A DNA stretch of 64,000 nucleotides from an uncultured Verrucomicrobiae bacterium (GCA_963706955.1 CAVPOC010000002.1:242291-306290); one strand, 5' to 3'; counted from the first letter of the stretch, positions 20,933 to 32,295 are shown. The notes: a model not told the origin generated them from the letters alone. Program-made: numbers and translations.

Positions 20933-21103
20933 TTCTCCTCCATAGCACACGTGGATGCTCCGGCACGATCGGCTTCTTTAACGATGCTCCCAAGAAGGAC
21001 ATCAAGCTTCTGCCCTCGGTCTCCACCTTGAACCGACTCCCGGCTTAGGTTATCAGAGAGTTCGGCACCCGTAGCTCAGTGGATAGAGCACCGGTCTTCT
21101 AAA
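20748..21103 (+). repeat. Direct repeat copy 2 (SEFIR 5' end + promoter + 5' half tRNA-Arg)
   Basis: Aligns with 14205-14558. Confidence 0.92.
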
Positions 21104-21137
21104 CCGATGGTCGCAGGTTCGATCCCTGCCGGGTGCG
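21065..21137 (+). tRNA. tRNA-Arg (anticodon TCT), CCA not encoded
   Basis: GCACCCG/CGGGTGC acceptor stem, GCTC/GAGC D arm, CTTCTAA anticodon loop, GCAGG-TTCGATC-CCTGC T arm. Confidence 0.97.
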
Positions 21138-21240
21138 AATGATTAACTTATGGTCCACTCTTATCATGGAAATGGGTGAAATCCGCGATTTGTAGATTTT
21201 GCACGGAGATAAGAATTGCCTTGCGACGGTCGGCTTGCGG

Positions 21241-21427
21241 GCACGCAGGGCGATGCCCTCCTCGCGAGCCCACTGGACCGCGTTGACCACGTCCTGCGTG
21301 TCGCGGCAGAACACGATTGCCTCGGGATAGCGGGAATACAGCGGTTCCAGCCGATCCGCGCCGCCTCGTAGCCGGCATCGCCGGCCCGCACCACCTCACC
21401 CGTCAGCTTGGTGGCCGCAGTAGTCAC
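21241..21427 (-). pseudogene. FAD-binding oxidoreductase (BBE/FAD_binding_4) N-terminal remnant
   Basis: KLTGEVVRAGDAGYEAARIGWN, FCRDTQDVVNAVQWARE, IALRAR; cut before the GGH motif. Confidence 0.8.
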
Positions 21428-21442
21428 AAGTTCGTCTCTGGA

Positions 21443-22918
21443 TCAATGCTGGAAGACGTTCACTTCCCCGGGCTCGGTCTCCAGGACGTCGCGGTGGAAG
21501 AAGAGCAGGGAGAGGAAGTACAGCCCGCCCGCGAAGATCAAACCGACCACGATCACAATGGGCACGATCGCCGACGGCGGTGTCACCACCACAAACACGA
21601 CGATGACCGACCACACCAGCGCGCTAATCGCGACCGGCAACTCGAAGCGCCCGAGGTCGAACGCGCCCTCCTTGCGATCCAATCTTCGTCGCACTGACAG
21701 GTAGAGGATAACGATCGCGCCGTAAAGGGTCGGCCCGATGATCGTCCCGGTCGTTATCAGCTCCAGCAGTGCGCCACCCGGCAGCGCGACCATCAGGACG
21801 ACCCCCACGACAACGATGAGGATCGTCGCGGGGATCGGCGTATGCGTGCGCGGATCGACCCGCCGCATCAGCCCGTGAGCGGGAAAGCGAGCATCGCGTG
21901 ACATCGCAAAGACGATTCGCGAGCAGGTGGTGAGGGTCACCATCCCGGCGCCGAAGAACGCGAACGTGATCGCGACCAGGAGTGTCCCTTCCATCACCGG
22001 ACCGAGCTGATCGCGCATGATCAACACGACCGGTGACTGGTTGGAGCTGACCTGGGAAATGTCGTCGATCGCGACGGTGAGCGCGATCAAGAAGACCAGT
22101 CCGAGCAGCGAGGCCGCCATGACCGATCCCACGATCGCGCGCGGGACGCTGCGGTAGGGATCCTTGGCCTCCTCGGCGAGGTTCGCCGCGGCGTCGAAGC
22201 CGACGAGCGTGGTGAGGCCCATGACCATGGCGAGCATCAACCCGCCACCCACGGCGAAGTAGTTGGGGTCGTTCTCGGTGACACCGCGCGAGATGAGGTT
22301 GCCAATTGAGCCGTTGCCTGTGACCGCGACGGCCACGACCAGCGCGACTGCCAGCACCACAACGATCACCAGTTCGAGTCCCACCGCGATCCCGTTAATC
22401 ATGGCAACGATCCGCGTCGAAGCGATCGCGAGCGCGGCCTGAACCACCAGCACTACCAGTGTGATCACGCGCGCGGTGTTTTCGTTCGGATCCATGCCCA
22501 ACAGCGGCATCAATGCCTGACTCGCCAGCGCATTGTCGACCGTCACCACGCCGAGCGCCAGGTAACAGAAGGTCATCCAACCGAACCACCAACCAATCTT
22601 CGGGTTGGCCAGGCGCGAGGCCCATTGGTAGGAGGAGCCGCTGAGCGCGATGCGGGCGGCGAACTGCGCGATCACCAGTGCCACCAGAGTCTGCCCGATC
22701 GCTACGATGACCCACAGCCATATCCCGACCGGCCCCGCGTTCCGCAGCACGTCGTCGTAGGTACCGAAGATGCCAACCGCCACCGAGATGAAGGCGAACG
22801 AAACAGCGAAGATCTGAAAGGAGCCGAGAGTCCGTTTCAGCTGGGGCTCGTAGCCACAGTCTTCACCGAAACTGTCAGCGGCCTTCGTGTCGTGCAAAAC
22901 TTTTGCCATCTCAGTCAC
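21443..22918 (-). CDS. APC-family amino acid permease
   Basis: GYEPQLKRTLGSF, GSSYQWA, GFDAAANLAEE, SRIVFAMSRD; ~12 TM. Confidence 0.93.
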   Translation of the reverse strand: MTEMAKVLHDTKAADSFGEDCGYEPQLKRTLGSFQIFAVSFAFISVAVGIFGTYDDVLRNAGPVGIWLWVIVAIGQTLVALVIAQFAARIALSGSSYQWASRLANPKIGWWFGWMTFCYLALGVVTVDNALASQALMPLLGMDPNENTARVITLVVLVVQAALAIASTRIVAMINGIAVGLELVIVVVLAVALVVAVAVTGNGSIGNLISRGVTENDPNYFAVGGGLMLAMVMGLTTLVGFDAAANLAEEAKDPYRSVPRAIVGSVMAASLLGLVFLIALTVAIDDISQVSSNQSPVVLIMRDQLGPVMEGTLLVAITFAFFGAGMVTLTTCSRIVFAMSRDARFPAHGLMRRVDPRTHTPIPATILIVVVGVVLMVALPGGALLELITTGTIIGPTLYGAIVILYLSVRRRLDRKEGAFDLGRFELPVAISALVWSVIVVFVVVTPPSAIVPIVIVVGLIFAGGLYFLSLLFFHRDVLETEPGEVNVFQH

Positions 22919-23709
22919 CTCACATCCGATGTGGGGGTCATTGAAATGTAGCTAACGAGCCGGACTATGAGCCGCAAATTGCCGTTCTCGAAAATCATCT
23001 GAAATCGCCAGAACATTAGTCTCGGAATTTGGACCTGGTAACCGGGATCGTTGTTGACGGGGTTCCGGGCTATCAGAGCAAGCTGCTTAGTCCCACTGTC
23101 CATTTCGGTTTGTCCCCTAAGGTTGCAATTCTACGATACTAAGCATAAAGCGAAGCGAACAGGACAATGGCCCATGGATTGGCGTGGGCTGTAGAATGAC
23201 CATCGACTGCCCATACCGTCAGAAAACCGAAGGATGACGAATAGTGCAGATCCATATCGTGGCAACGTCAGGCAGCGAAGTGGCATTCTATTCTATGCTG
23301 AAGCGGCCGCTGCGGATACCGCGCAGTGACTAATTGCTCGTATCCATGTTTGAACGGTTCTCTACGACGCTTTGGCAGCCCTTATTTCGAGTCGGAGCAA
23401 ACTCAAAGTAAATGGACGTTCACGGACGGCGATGCGCGGAATCTCACGGCGGACTCAGGACGGTTTCGTTCAAACTAATTCTCGGACGGCAAGCCAGCCT
23501 TTGCGTAGAGGCGGCATGGTTTCCGATTCGAACAGATCTTTCTTACAAGAGACATTCGGAATCCGGTTTCTCTAAGCAGCGTTGCTTTTCAACATCGGTT
23601 TTCTGCGTAGCTTACGTCGGAGTGCATCATCCACGACACTGACTTGTGTTCCTTAGCGATCCTTGGCATCCGGCGGAACGCTTCCCCGTGGTTCCATCAT
23701 CGCAGCCTA

Positions 23710-23800
23710 TCTCCTCCTCGTTCTCGTGCTCGTCCTTCGTCCTCGAAGTCTTGCACAAACGATCGAGGACGAGGAGGAGAACGAAGGACGAGGACGATTT
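23710..23800. repeat. Low-complexity inverted repeat (CTCGT-rich / ACGAG-rich arms)
   Basis: CTCCTCGTTCTCGTGCTCGTCCTTCGTCCTCG ... CGAGGACGAGGAGGAGAACGAAGGACGAG. Confidence 0.6.
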
Positions 23801-23943
23801 GGGCAACATGGGCACCAAGCTTCGTTGGAAAGATACCGCGGAGTCGGATAGCCTAGTTCACCCACCCCGATGCGCTCGGTTGGGCGCTGCGCTTCGATGC
23901 TCGAGGTCCTCTTGCGTGCTTGAGCAGTCTGAGCAGTCGAATA

Positions 23944-25571
23944 TCACTTCTGCGTTTTTTGTCCGGCGAGCGCTGCCGCATCACGCGCCCACATCTGCCC
24001 GCGATATGGAACTGCGGAGAGGGAAGCATTCGCCGGAAGCAGGTCGGACCCCCACGTGCGCCATCGACCCGACCAGCCGGCAGCCGGCAGCACCGTCCGG
24101 CCGATATCCAGGAACGAAGCATAACGTTGATCGATACGCGGTGGCATATCGGCCCCGAGGATCAGCAACGGCACATACTCGCGCTGCACACCGTCCACCC
24201 GTTCGATCGTGCTGGATGGCAGCGCTGCCGCATGGTCGCCGAAGAGCACCGCGAATCCGGAGGGAGCACGTTGGAAGAAGCCGTTGAGTAGCCGATCGAG
24301 CTGCGCATCGACGCATGCCAACGCGTCATAGTAATCATTGCCGCTACGAGGTCCCGACCACCAGGCACGATGGTGGGTGAATGGCGCGTGGCTCGTCATA
24401 GTGACCACGTGCAGCACGAAGGGTGACGGGAGCGAAGGCAGACGCGCGAGAACCGCATCGACCAGCTCGCTATCCCGGGCGCCGAATTCGCGCGGGTGCT
24501 CGATGAGCCCGAGGCCGTCGAGATCCCATAGTTCGTAGCCGAGGTGTGGCATCACCTGTGCGAAATTGAAGTAGGTTCCAGGCAAGCCGTGCGCCAGGGC
24601 CGCGGACCAGCCCGCCTCGCGCAGGCGGCGGACCCACGAATTCGGCCACGAATATTCAGATTGGTCGAAGGAAACCGCATCCCAGAGCGGTTCGCAGCCT
24701 TCGACGACGGCCACATCGCAATCGGAGGAGCCGCCGGGTCCGTGATAGGCGAGGCAACGTGGATAATAGACAGCGCTCGGAATGCGCGCGGCCAGCAGTG
24801 GCATGGCCCGTTCAATGCCGCCAACGTCAAGCGATTCGACCTGCACCAGAAGCACGTCGCGACGCTCCGTCGTCGCGGGGGTGATCGCGACTTCGGGACC
24901 ATAAAGGAAGTCCGAGGAGCGGTTCTGCGTTCCGGCCTTGACCACTTGAATCGGCAGCAAACCCAAATCAGCGATGAAGACCGCTGGAGCGGTGTAACGA
25001 TTGTCGCGTTCGGCGGCCGCCCACTCCAACGAACGTTGGGCTTGCGCGGTTAAGAACGCGAGTAACGCGAACTGGGGGACCGCCGCCACCGCTGACCACC
25101 GCCACCGCCAGCGTCTGCGATCCATGATACACCACGCCAGCACGAAAGGAAGGTCGACCAGCAGCCAGAGCATGCCGATATCCAGGGGCAACCCGGCGTG
25201 GCGCACCGCGGTGGCGCCTTCCACAATGACGCTCGCAGTAGTCGCGAAGGTCAGATAGAGGCCGAAATAGACGAAGTAGCTCCAGCAGATTACTAGATAC
25301 ACCGTTTGCAGCAGCCAAGCTCCGACCACCCCGAAATGCCGAGCCCGCGGGCCATCCACCACCACAATCCAGCTTGAAGGATGCTGACCAGGAGACCTAG
25401 CGTCCCGGGTCCAAACCCAAACGAGAGAGCATTCAAGAAGGCGGCGAATTTGGCCGTGGTCGCCAGAACGAGAAGAACGAACAGCCAGGATGGGCGCCAG
25501 TTCCCCGCAAGGAGGCCTGCTTGCGAGTGCCCGCTCATCCTCATTTCATGGGGACGTAGTGAGGCGCTCAT
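23944..25571 (-). CDS. LTA synthase/sulfatase-family membrane protein (frameshift near 25365)
   Basis: TM N-terminus, DVLLVQVESL, HVVTMTSHAPF, YYDALACVD, LFGDH, EYVPLLI. Confidence 0.8.
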
Positions 25572-25854
25572 TTGTGGGTCATCGATACGAAATCGCCTGC
25601 GGGGACTGAGGCGGTCTTACGAGGGATCGTCGTCGGGAAGGTATGGATGCAAACTGATAAAAGCCAGCTCGAAGTGCGAAGTCACCGGCGCTTTGATAGC
25701 GCCGCTTTCGATTTCACCTGACGCTGCAAAGACCAGACTATTCTTCTATCTAAATAATACGCATTTACCGATTCACAGACGATCTGTGTTAATCTGTGGA
25801 CCTGCTGGAGACTGAGCGAGGTCCCTGAAATCTGCCGTTCGGCAACGATATGAC

Positions 25855-26679
25855 ATGCTGAAAATGCCCTTTATGAAAGTTCCCCATAGATTTCTCGTCC
25901 TAGCGGTGGTCGCTCTCCTGGGAAGCCCGGTGGGGGTAAGGGCGGGGGACAGCGCAGCGGCCAAAAATGTCGAGATCAAATTCGTTGTCCGAGTCTCTCA
26001 GGTTCAGATGGCCCTCCAAGCACTTGGGCTCGACCCGGCTGAGGCCGAGAAGAAGACCGCTTATTTTTTCGACACGAAAGATCTCTCACTTTTCCAGCAG
26101 GCGAATGCCAGAGTGATACTTCGAGCACGGACGACCGCTGGTGAAGAAGAAGGCGAGACAACCGTTAAGCTAAGATCAACGGGGAGGTTGGAGATCGAGG
26201 AGGAATGGATGCAAAAGAGGCGGAAGGGCGAAAGACTGGATCGAAAGTTCGAAAAGGATCAGGTGGTGGGGAGGCCAGCGGTGGAGGCGTACTCACTCGA
26301 CGACAAGGAGGATTTGAAGGCGATTGAAAATGCTGTCGCCGGCCGGCAATCCGTGAAGAAGATCTTCTCCGCCAACCAGGAGGATCTGGTCGAAGCGAAG
26401 ACCAAACCGAGGCTCGATTGGGATAAACTTCTGGCGCTCGGTCCGGTCAAGGTGATGAAGTGGGAATTCAAGGCACAAGGGCTCGACCTGGTTGCGGAGC
26501 GCTGGGACTTTGGCGATCACGCGCCAACGTTGGAAATTTCAACCAAGGCGGATGCGTCAGACGCTGAAGAGACGAAGAAGAAGCTGGTCGCTTTCCTCCA
26601 TGACAAGGGACTTCGACAGGATCCGCATCCGGAAACGAAGACCAAGGAGGTCCTCGAATATTTCTCTTCCAGGAATTGA
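25855..26679 (+). CDS. Secreted CYTH-like (triphosphate tunnel) protein
   Basis: Signal peptide ending AGD; VEIK, YFFDTKDL, ILRAR, TTVKLR, AERW, LEISTK, TKT. Confidence 0.65.
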   Translation: MLKMPFMKVPHRFLVLAVVALLGSPVGVRAGDSAAAKNVEIKFVVRVSQVQMALQALGLDPAEAEKKTAYFFDTKDLSLFQQANARVILRARTTAGEEEGETTVKLRSTGRLEIEEEWMQKRRKGERLDRKFEKDQVVGRPAVEAYSLDDKEDLKAIENAVAGRQSVKKIFSANQEDLVEAKTKPRLDWDKLLALGPVKVMKWEFKAQGLDLVAERWDFGDHAPTLEISTKADASDAEETKKKLVAFLHDKGLRQDPHPETKTKEVLEYFSSRN

Positions 26680-26706
26680 GCTAGACTTCGCGACTGAGCG
26701 CGCCCT

Positions 26707-26791
26707 GCAGCGACCGTGTCCCACGGCCCGAGGGCCCTTCGACCGTGGAGGCACCGCTACCGCAACGATCGGCGGTGGGGACACCGCTACA
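26707..26791. repeat. Degenerate GTAG-type REP cluster
   Basis: GCGACCGTGTCCCACGG ... CGGCGGTGGGGACACCGCTACA. Confidence 0.65.
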
Positions 26792-27105
26792 ACAACAACG
26801 ATCGCGAGGTTCCATCATCCTGGATGCGGATGGGCCTTCACGTCGTTCCGTCCAGGCCGGCTGGTTTCTAGGCTAGCCTAACCGAATCGAAGTTGGAGGA
26901 GACTAAGATCGCAGGAAAACTGCCCGCTGGACCAGCGATGCAAGCTCGGCGAAGCGACGAAAATCGACTGGGGCTTTCCGCACGATTTCCTGATCAACGA
27001 TTTTGTGCTGCGGATGCTGTTCGGTCGGTCATAGTGCGTCCATCGATAATCACCGCCGATAAGCGAAACGTAGATTCGCCGCGAACGGGGACGCGGGGAT
27101 CACCT

Positions 27106-27708
27106 TCACAGCGCCGCGAGCCACAATGCGGTCGCAGCCAGAAGCACGCCCATGGCAACGTTAAAAATTCGCATACGTGGGCCGACGCTGAGCCAGTGTC
27201 GCAGGGCGAAGCCAACCCACGCCCAGGTGATAAGACTGCCCATTGCAGCAATCGAAAACACGATGACAATAATCGCAATGCTAACGAATGTCGCATGGTT
27301 CGTCATGAACGATCCGGCTGTCGCCGCAGCGAGCATCCATGCCTTCGGGTTGGCATACTGAAAGGCAGCGGACTGCCAGAACGAAAGCGGTTTCATGGTG
27401 GTCCCTTCGGACTCTTCGCCGATCACATTCGGGCGCGCGAGCTGCCAGGCGATGAAAAGGAGATAGGCAATGCCGGCCCACTTGATCAAGGCTGCGATAA
27501 ATGGATAGGTGAGCAAGAGAGCCGCGACGCCGACAGTGCCGGCGATCAGCATGCTTGCAAATCCAAACGGCACTCCAAATATGTGCGGCAGTGCGGCGCG
27601 AAAACCGTGATTCGCGCCTGTCACCGTTGCGATCATGTTGTTGGGTCCCGGCGTGAAGGAACCTACGAACGCCAGTATTGCCAGCGCGAGCAGTTGTTCG
27701 AACGGCAT
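27106..27708 (-). CDS. LysE/RhtB-family translocator
   Basis: FTPGPNN, GANHGF, GIAYLLFIAW, FQYANPKAW. Confidence 0.92.
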   Translation of the reverse strand: MPFEQLLALAILAFVGSFTPGPNNMIATVTGANHGFRAALPHIFGVPFGFASMLIAGTVGVAALLLTYPFIAALIKWAGIAYLLFIAWQLARPNVIGEESEGTTMKPLSFWQSAAFQYANPKAWMLAAATAGSFMTNHATFVSIAIIVIVFSIAAMGSLITWAWVGFALRHWLSVGPRMRIFNVAMGVLLAATALWLAAL

Positions 27709-28045
27709 AGCGAATTTTACTCGGTGCTGTGAACCACTCGTCAAGCGGGCACCTGGTCCAGACATGCGGAGGGGATCAAGCGCCAACAGCGCGATTAGAT
27801 TCAAATGGGGAAAGCCGAGCTCAGAGTCCTTTCGAAGCAATATCGGAGGCGGTGCGCATCTTGGACCCTGGTCTGTAGGAGGCTAATTACAAGCGCCTTG
27901 TGCACTAAGGTTCTTGCCATACCTACTCATCCAGGCAATTCGGAGCCGAACAAAGTAGCGTCGAAGAATTACTTGGGAATGACTTTTAGCATGACAATCT
28001 TCAAGCCTTGTTACACAAAAGCGCGCGCCAAATCGCATCGCATTA

Positions 28046-28874
28046 ATGAAGACCGAAGACCGGACACTCTCGCCGAAGCACAAGCGATCCTGTCGGGCTT
28101 GGCCGCACTACGAAGTGTCCCGGCTGCTGGACGCGATTGAATGCCTTCACGCCCAGGATAGCCTGACGACCTTTCACCTGGGAGTATTCAAGGCTATCGC
28201 CGCCTTAGTGGAGGATGTTGAGCTCACGATGGATCGAATACCGCTCGTGGATGGCAAGCTTGAAAGTCGACACACTCAAGAGGGCGTTCGTGACGCAGGA
28301 ACAGCAATCTTTACTAGTGAAATTGATTCCGCAGAACCCTATGTTACCGGCGGTTTCCCATGGTGCCAGGGGTTTGATGACAATTACAGATTTCGTTACG
28401 CAACGCGAGTTCGAACGCACCGGGCTCTACAATGAGGTTTGGCGACCCTACAACATACGTTTCGAATGGGCAATTCCCCTGGAACTCCGCGGCAATGTCG
28501 TGATGGTCACCGTAAATCGTGGTTCGCGCTTTTTGCCAGGCGAGGTTCAAAAACTTCGCTTGCTCTCCCCGCATCTGGCTCAGGCGCACTTGAAAGCTCA
28601 AACCTTGGCGAGACTTCAAGGTTTGGCGTCCGAGGTTCCGCGACCTGCACTGCTTCGAAAGCTCGGTCTTACCACGCAGGAATCTCATATTATGCATTGG
28701 TTGATTCAAGGAAAGCGCAACAGCGAGATCGCTTCAATTTTGAGTTCAAAGACGCGGACTGTGCAGAAGCATGTTCAAAACATTTTCAATAAGTTAGGTG
28801 TTGAGACTCGGACCGCGGCTGCGCTTCTTGCCCTAGAGAACTGCGCCGAAAGGCAGATAGCGTCGCGTAGCTAG
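28046..28874 (+). CDS. LuxR-type HTH transcriptional regulator (frameshifted)
   Basis: LTTQESHIMHWLIQGKRNSEIASIL...TVQKHVQNIFNKLGVETRTAA. Confidence 0.8.
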
Positions 28875-29409
28875 AAACGAACTGTGCAGTTAAGCGTTGC
28901 ATTCCGCAGAATCGCGATCGAGCACCTGATTAGCAAGCGGCACTTTTATATCTTCGACTCTGAGTTCTTCGGAGGGCTCACACTTCTCTTTCGCCGGACG
29001 CTACGATGTTAGGAGTACTCGGCGCAAAGTTCGATGGCCTTGCAGTGAAATCCTATTCCAGAACCCGGTATCGAGGAAGTCGTTAAGCGAGTCGATGCCG
29101 TCTCGATCTGGGCGAATCGCGGAGGACTTTTGCATTGCAATACGCATTCTGACGTATAGCTGAGCTCGGATGCGTGTGATAACGGTGAGAGAAGCGTTGT
29201 TTAAAGAGCGCAAAACATCACAACAAAGAAACGCAGCAATGTTTGTTACATGCTTCCGAGTCAGTGCTGTCAGTGCAACGGCTTACTACCTCGCGATGGT
29301 AATTCTTAAAATATTACTCAGGAAACCCGCCTCGGACTCCTAGCGGTGCTATAAGACTCGTCACCTTAACTAAGCGCGCGAAAGCTGCCGTGCTCAAGGA
29401 GAGTTAGGT

Positions 29410-30448
29410 ATGATAGTTCTCGTCATTACCATCAGCATAACAGTTGTCTGCGTTGTGCTGCTGATCGGCGAAGTCCGAAGGCACCGAGCGATGGGCACGA
29501 ACAAACAGGGAGAATTGCCTCCGAGCCAGACTTTCAAGAGCTCGCGAGTTAATTCGTGGAGCATGGCATGGATGATCTCTCTGACAGTTCTATGTCTTAG
29601 CATAGTTGCCTACGGCTGGCTGTATCCAAGGGCTCTATTCCTGACAATCGTGCCGAGCCCGGCCTTTATTACTCCTGCGTATCTCCAAGCCTACAACGTG
29701 AGCTGCGGAGTGCTCATCTGGCTCGTTTTCAGAAGCACGATCGGCCGAAATCAGGGCGAACTGAAGAGTGTCATTTCGCTGCTGGCGATTTCCGGGTCAG
29801 TGCTTGCTACCGTACTCATCAGCAATCGGGAAGCCAGCATCGCGATGGAAGAGATTCAGAGACACGTGTCGTCACTGGCAAGCTCGGGCGGTGAGGCGAA
29901 CTCCACTGTCACCCGGGCACGAGGCGAGTTCGGCGAGATTGAGCGCTTCTTCAAGACGCAGCTTTCCGAAATGGCGTCTCTGACCAAAGACTATGAACGG
30001 AAACTCGCTGCAATCGGTTGGGAGACGATTCTCGACCCAGAGAGCCTCGGGCGCGACCCGACTCTGATCATGAGTGATTCGATCGTAGAAAACGCTAAAA
30101 AGATCGTCGCAGATCAAAAGACTTCGACCTACGACTTGTGTGAGGATAGCAAGCAAGCGGTTTGGGACATACCGATAAGCGAATGGGCGAAACAACATAT
30201 GGTCAATGATCTCCGTCAGCTCTTGGAGGAGATGCATGCGGCGCTCGACGAGCGATGGAGATTGGGAAGCTCAAATCATTGCAGTGGTTGAGCAAGTCGT
30301 TGCTTGGCTCTCTTCGAGGCCCGATGCATGGAGCGTCGAAAATGGCGTTTTGGTGTTTGCTAACGAGAGCGACCTAAGCCAATTCAAATCCTACATGATC
30401 CAACTTGATAAGGTAACAAACCAACAAGGAGCGTGGAAACGACAGTAG
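29410..30448 (+). CDS. Hypothetical membrane protein (frameshift near 30260)
   Basis: Several TM segments then helical domain; RBS GGAG; continues in ORF 30206-30448. Confidence 0.55.
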
Positions 30449-30619
30449 CGGGCTGAACAAGGAGCTGAAAGCGCTGGAGTATTGAGAGTAAACTGCAACA
30501 GGCGACGGAGGCCGTATCCGGAAACAAGAGGAGGTCGAATGCTTTGCTTTCAGGGATCAAGCTAACTCAGCCGACTTTATTCGTGACCTTTGCGGACCTA
30601 AGTCCCGATTGCCGGAAAT

Positions 30620-31033
30620 TTATCTTTCGGAGATATTCTCCAGGAGGGCCTCGAGGAACAGCGCTCGTTCTTTAGTAATTTCCATCACCCTTGATGCGGA
30701 AACGGGTCTCCACATCGTTCCTTCCATTCTCGAATAAGTAGCTTCGATGGAGGCAATCTGAAGGTCACGGTAGTTAACCCATGCCTTTTGCGCCGCAACG
30801 AGGGATTTCCATTCGTCCGGTTCCATCGCCTTCCTGAGAGAGGTATAAAGGGAGTTCATCCTCTTGTCCCATTGAACGTCGGCATCGGAAATGGCCTGGA
30901 TCATGCCCGCAGTTGAAGGATCCTTTTCCATGGCGGCTTCCATGGCTCGATCGATTGGCTCCTGCTTGGCTGCATTTTCGCCAAAGAGAACCCCTGACGA
31001 GAAGATGAAGAGAGCCAAAAGATAATGTTTCAT
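30620..31033 (-). CDS. LprI/DUF1311 lysozyme inhibitor family, secreted
   Basis: Signal peptide; STAGM, WDKRMNSLY, LVAAQKAWVNYRD, GTMWR. Confidence 0.85.
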   Translation of the reverse strand: MKHYLLALFIFSSGVLFGENAAKQEPIDRAMEAAMEKDPSTAGMIQAISDADVQWDKRMNSLYTSLRKAMEPDEWKSLVAAQKAWVNYRDLQIASIEATYSRMEGTMWRPVSASRVMEITKERALFLEALLENISER

Positions 31034-31119
31034 GGCGCGCTTGATTTAGATCAGCCACTAGCCGGCGGCGTATTTTCTACTGGAGTGCGAAAAGGGCGGC
31101 CCCTTTTTTAACATACTTA

Positions 31120-31719
31120 TTACGGGAGCACCTTCCTGTCTTTGTAGTAGTACTCCTTGTCGCGCTCATTAATTGGTCGCAAAACCCGGCATGGATTGCC
31201 TACGGCGACCACATTTTCGGGGATATCTTTCGTGACCACACTACCCGCGCCGACGACGGAGTTCTTTCCTATGGTAACGCCAGGAAGGATGACAACATGT
31301 GCGCCTATCCAGACATCATCTCCTATCCTAATGGGAAACGAAAACTGTGTTCCGCCTCTGCGCAGATCGGGATGCACCGGATGCCCGGTGGGCGAAATCG
31401 TCACGTTGGGAGCTATTTGGACGTTATCACCAATGTAAATGTCGCCGTCATCAACAAGCACAAGATTGAAGTTGGCGTAAAATCCATCGCCGATGTGAAC
31501 ATGCTTGCCATAAGCCATGTGAACTGGAGGTTCTATCCAGATGGAGTTTCCGCAGCTCCCGAGCAGTTGTTTGAGCAGGTCTCTTCGTTTTTGCCCATCA
31601 CTTGGTCTGGTTAAATTATAATCATACGTCAGTTCTTTGCACCTCTCCCTCTCTTCATCAAGACCCTCGCCGAGATCTGTGTAGAGATGTCCCGCTTTCA
31701 TTTTTTCACGTATCGTCAT
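31120..31719 (-). CDS. Sugar O-acetyltransferase (LacA/Maa family)
   Basis: IEPPVHMAYG, YANFN, IAPNV...GHP, IGDDVWIG, GNPCRV. Confidence 0.93.
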   Translation of the reverse strand: MTIREKMKAGHLYTDLGEGLDEERERCKELTYDYNLTRPSDGQKRRDLLKQLLGSCGNSIWIEPPVHMAYGKHVHIGDGFYANFNLVLVDDGDIYIGDNVQIAPNVTISPTGHPVHPDLRRGGTQFSFPIRIGDDVWIGAHVVILPGVTIGKNSVVGAGSVVTKDIPENVVAVGNPCRVLRPINERDKEYYYKDRKVLP

Positions 31720-31821
31720 ATGCGTTGTCCATTAGTGATAGGCCTAGAGCCTCTGCGTTAATCTTGTGACTACCGAACCGGCCTTAAGGCGTGCCAGCTT
31801 CCGGCGGGTTTGCTAACACGA

Positions 31822-32295
31822 TCAAGTCTTTGGCGGCCAATCGACGCCTTCCAGTTCCGGCGGAAGCTGGGTCGGCTCGACGGGATAGATCAGACTCATA
31901 TTTCCGACTTCGTGTGGCTCGAATTCCTTTTCTGGTGCACCCACGATCAGCCAAAGAACTTCTGAATCGGAATCATTGAAAACCTGCCGTAATACCGACG
32001 GCCCGACCAAAACGCCGCCGAGCGGCGGGATGGTTATCGTCTCTTCACCAACCCGCATCCGTCCGATTCCCGCGATCACAAAATAGAATTCTTCTGCTCG
32101 CATGTGCTTGTGCAGCGTGTTCGCGCTTTTGGGCGGCAACCGCCACAGTCGCGCGCCAAGAATCTCGCTGCCGGTGCGCTCGAGATAATCCGCATTCGGG
32201 ATGCGCATCAAGTTGGATGGGCGCCAAGTAAGCTGCTCGGACGTAATCAGACGATAACCCTCAATCGGTTTCATAGCGGGTCTGACGTTGACCAC
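31822..32295 (-). CDS. Cupin domain protein
   Basis: LHKHMRAEEFYFVIAGIGRMRVG. Confidence 0.85.
   Translation of the reverse strand: MVNVRPAMKPIEGYRLITSEQLTWRPSNLMRIPNADYLERTGSEILGARLWRLPPKSANTLHKHMRAEEFYFVIAGIGRMRVGEETITIPPLGGVLVGPSVLRQVFNDSDSEVLWLIVGAPEKEFEPHEVGNMSLIYPVEPTQLPPELEGVDWPPKT

Larger units (their letters stand above)
14559..21103. mobile_element. tRNA-Arg-associated genomic island (~6.5 kb), no integrase seen
   Basis: Bounded by tRNA-half direct repeat; AT-richer, low coding density, gene fragments. Confidence 0.7.

Noticed and set aside
14559..21064. Prophage, integrase or transposase in the island
   Set aside because: No ORF with tyrosine/serine recombinase, DDE or phage structural motifs
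26893..27732. 279-aa plus-strand ORF
   Set aside because: Antisense shadow of the LysE gene
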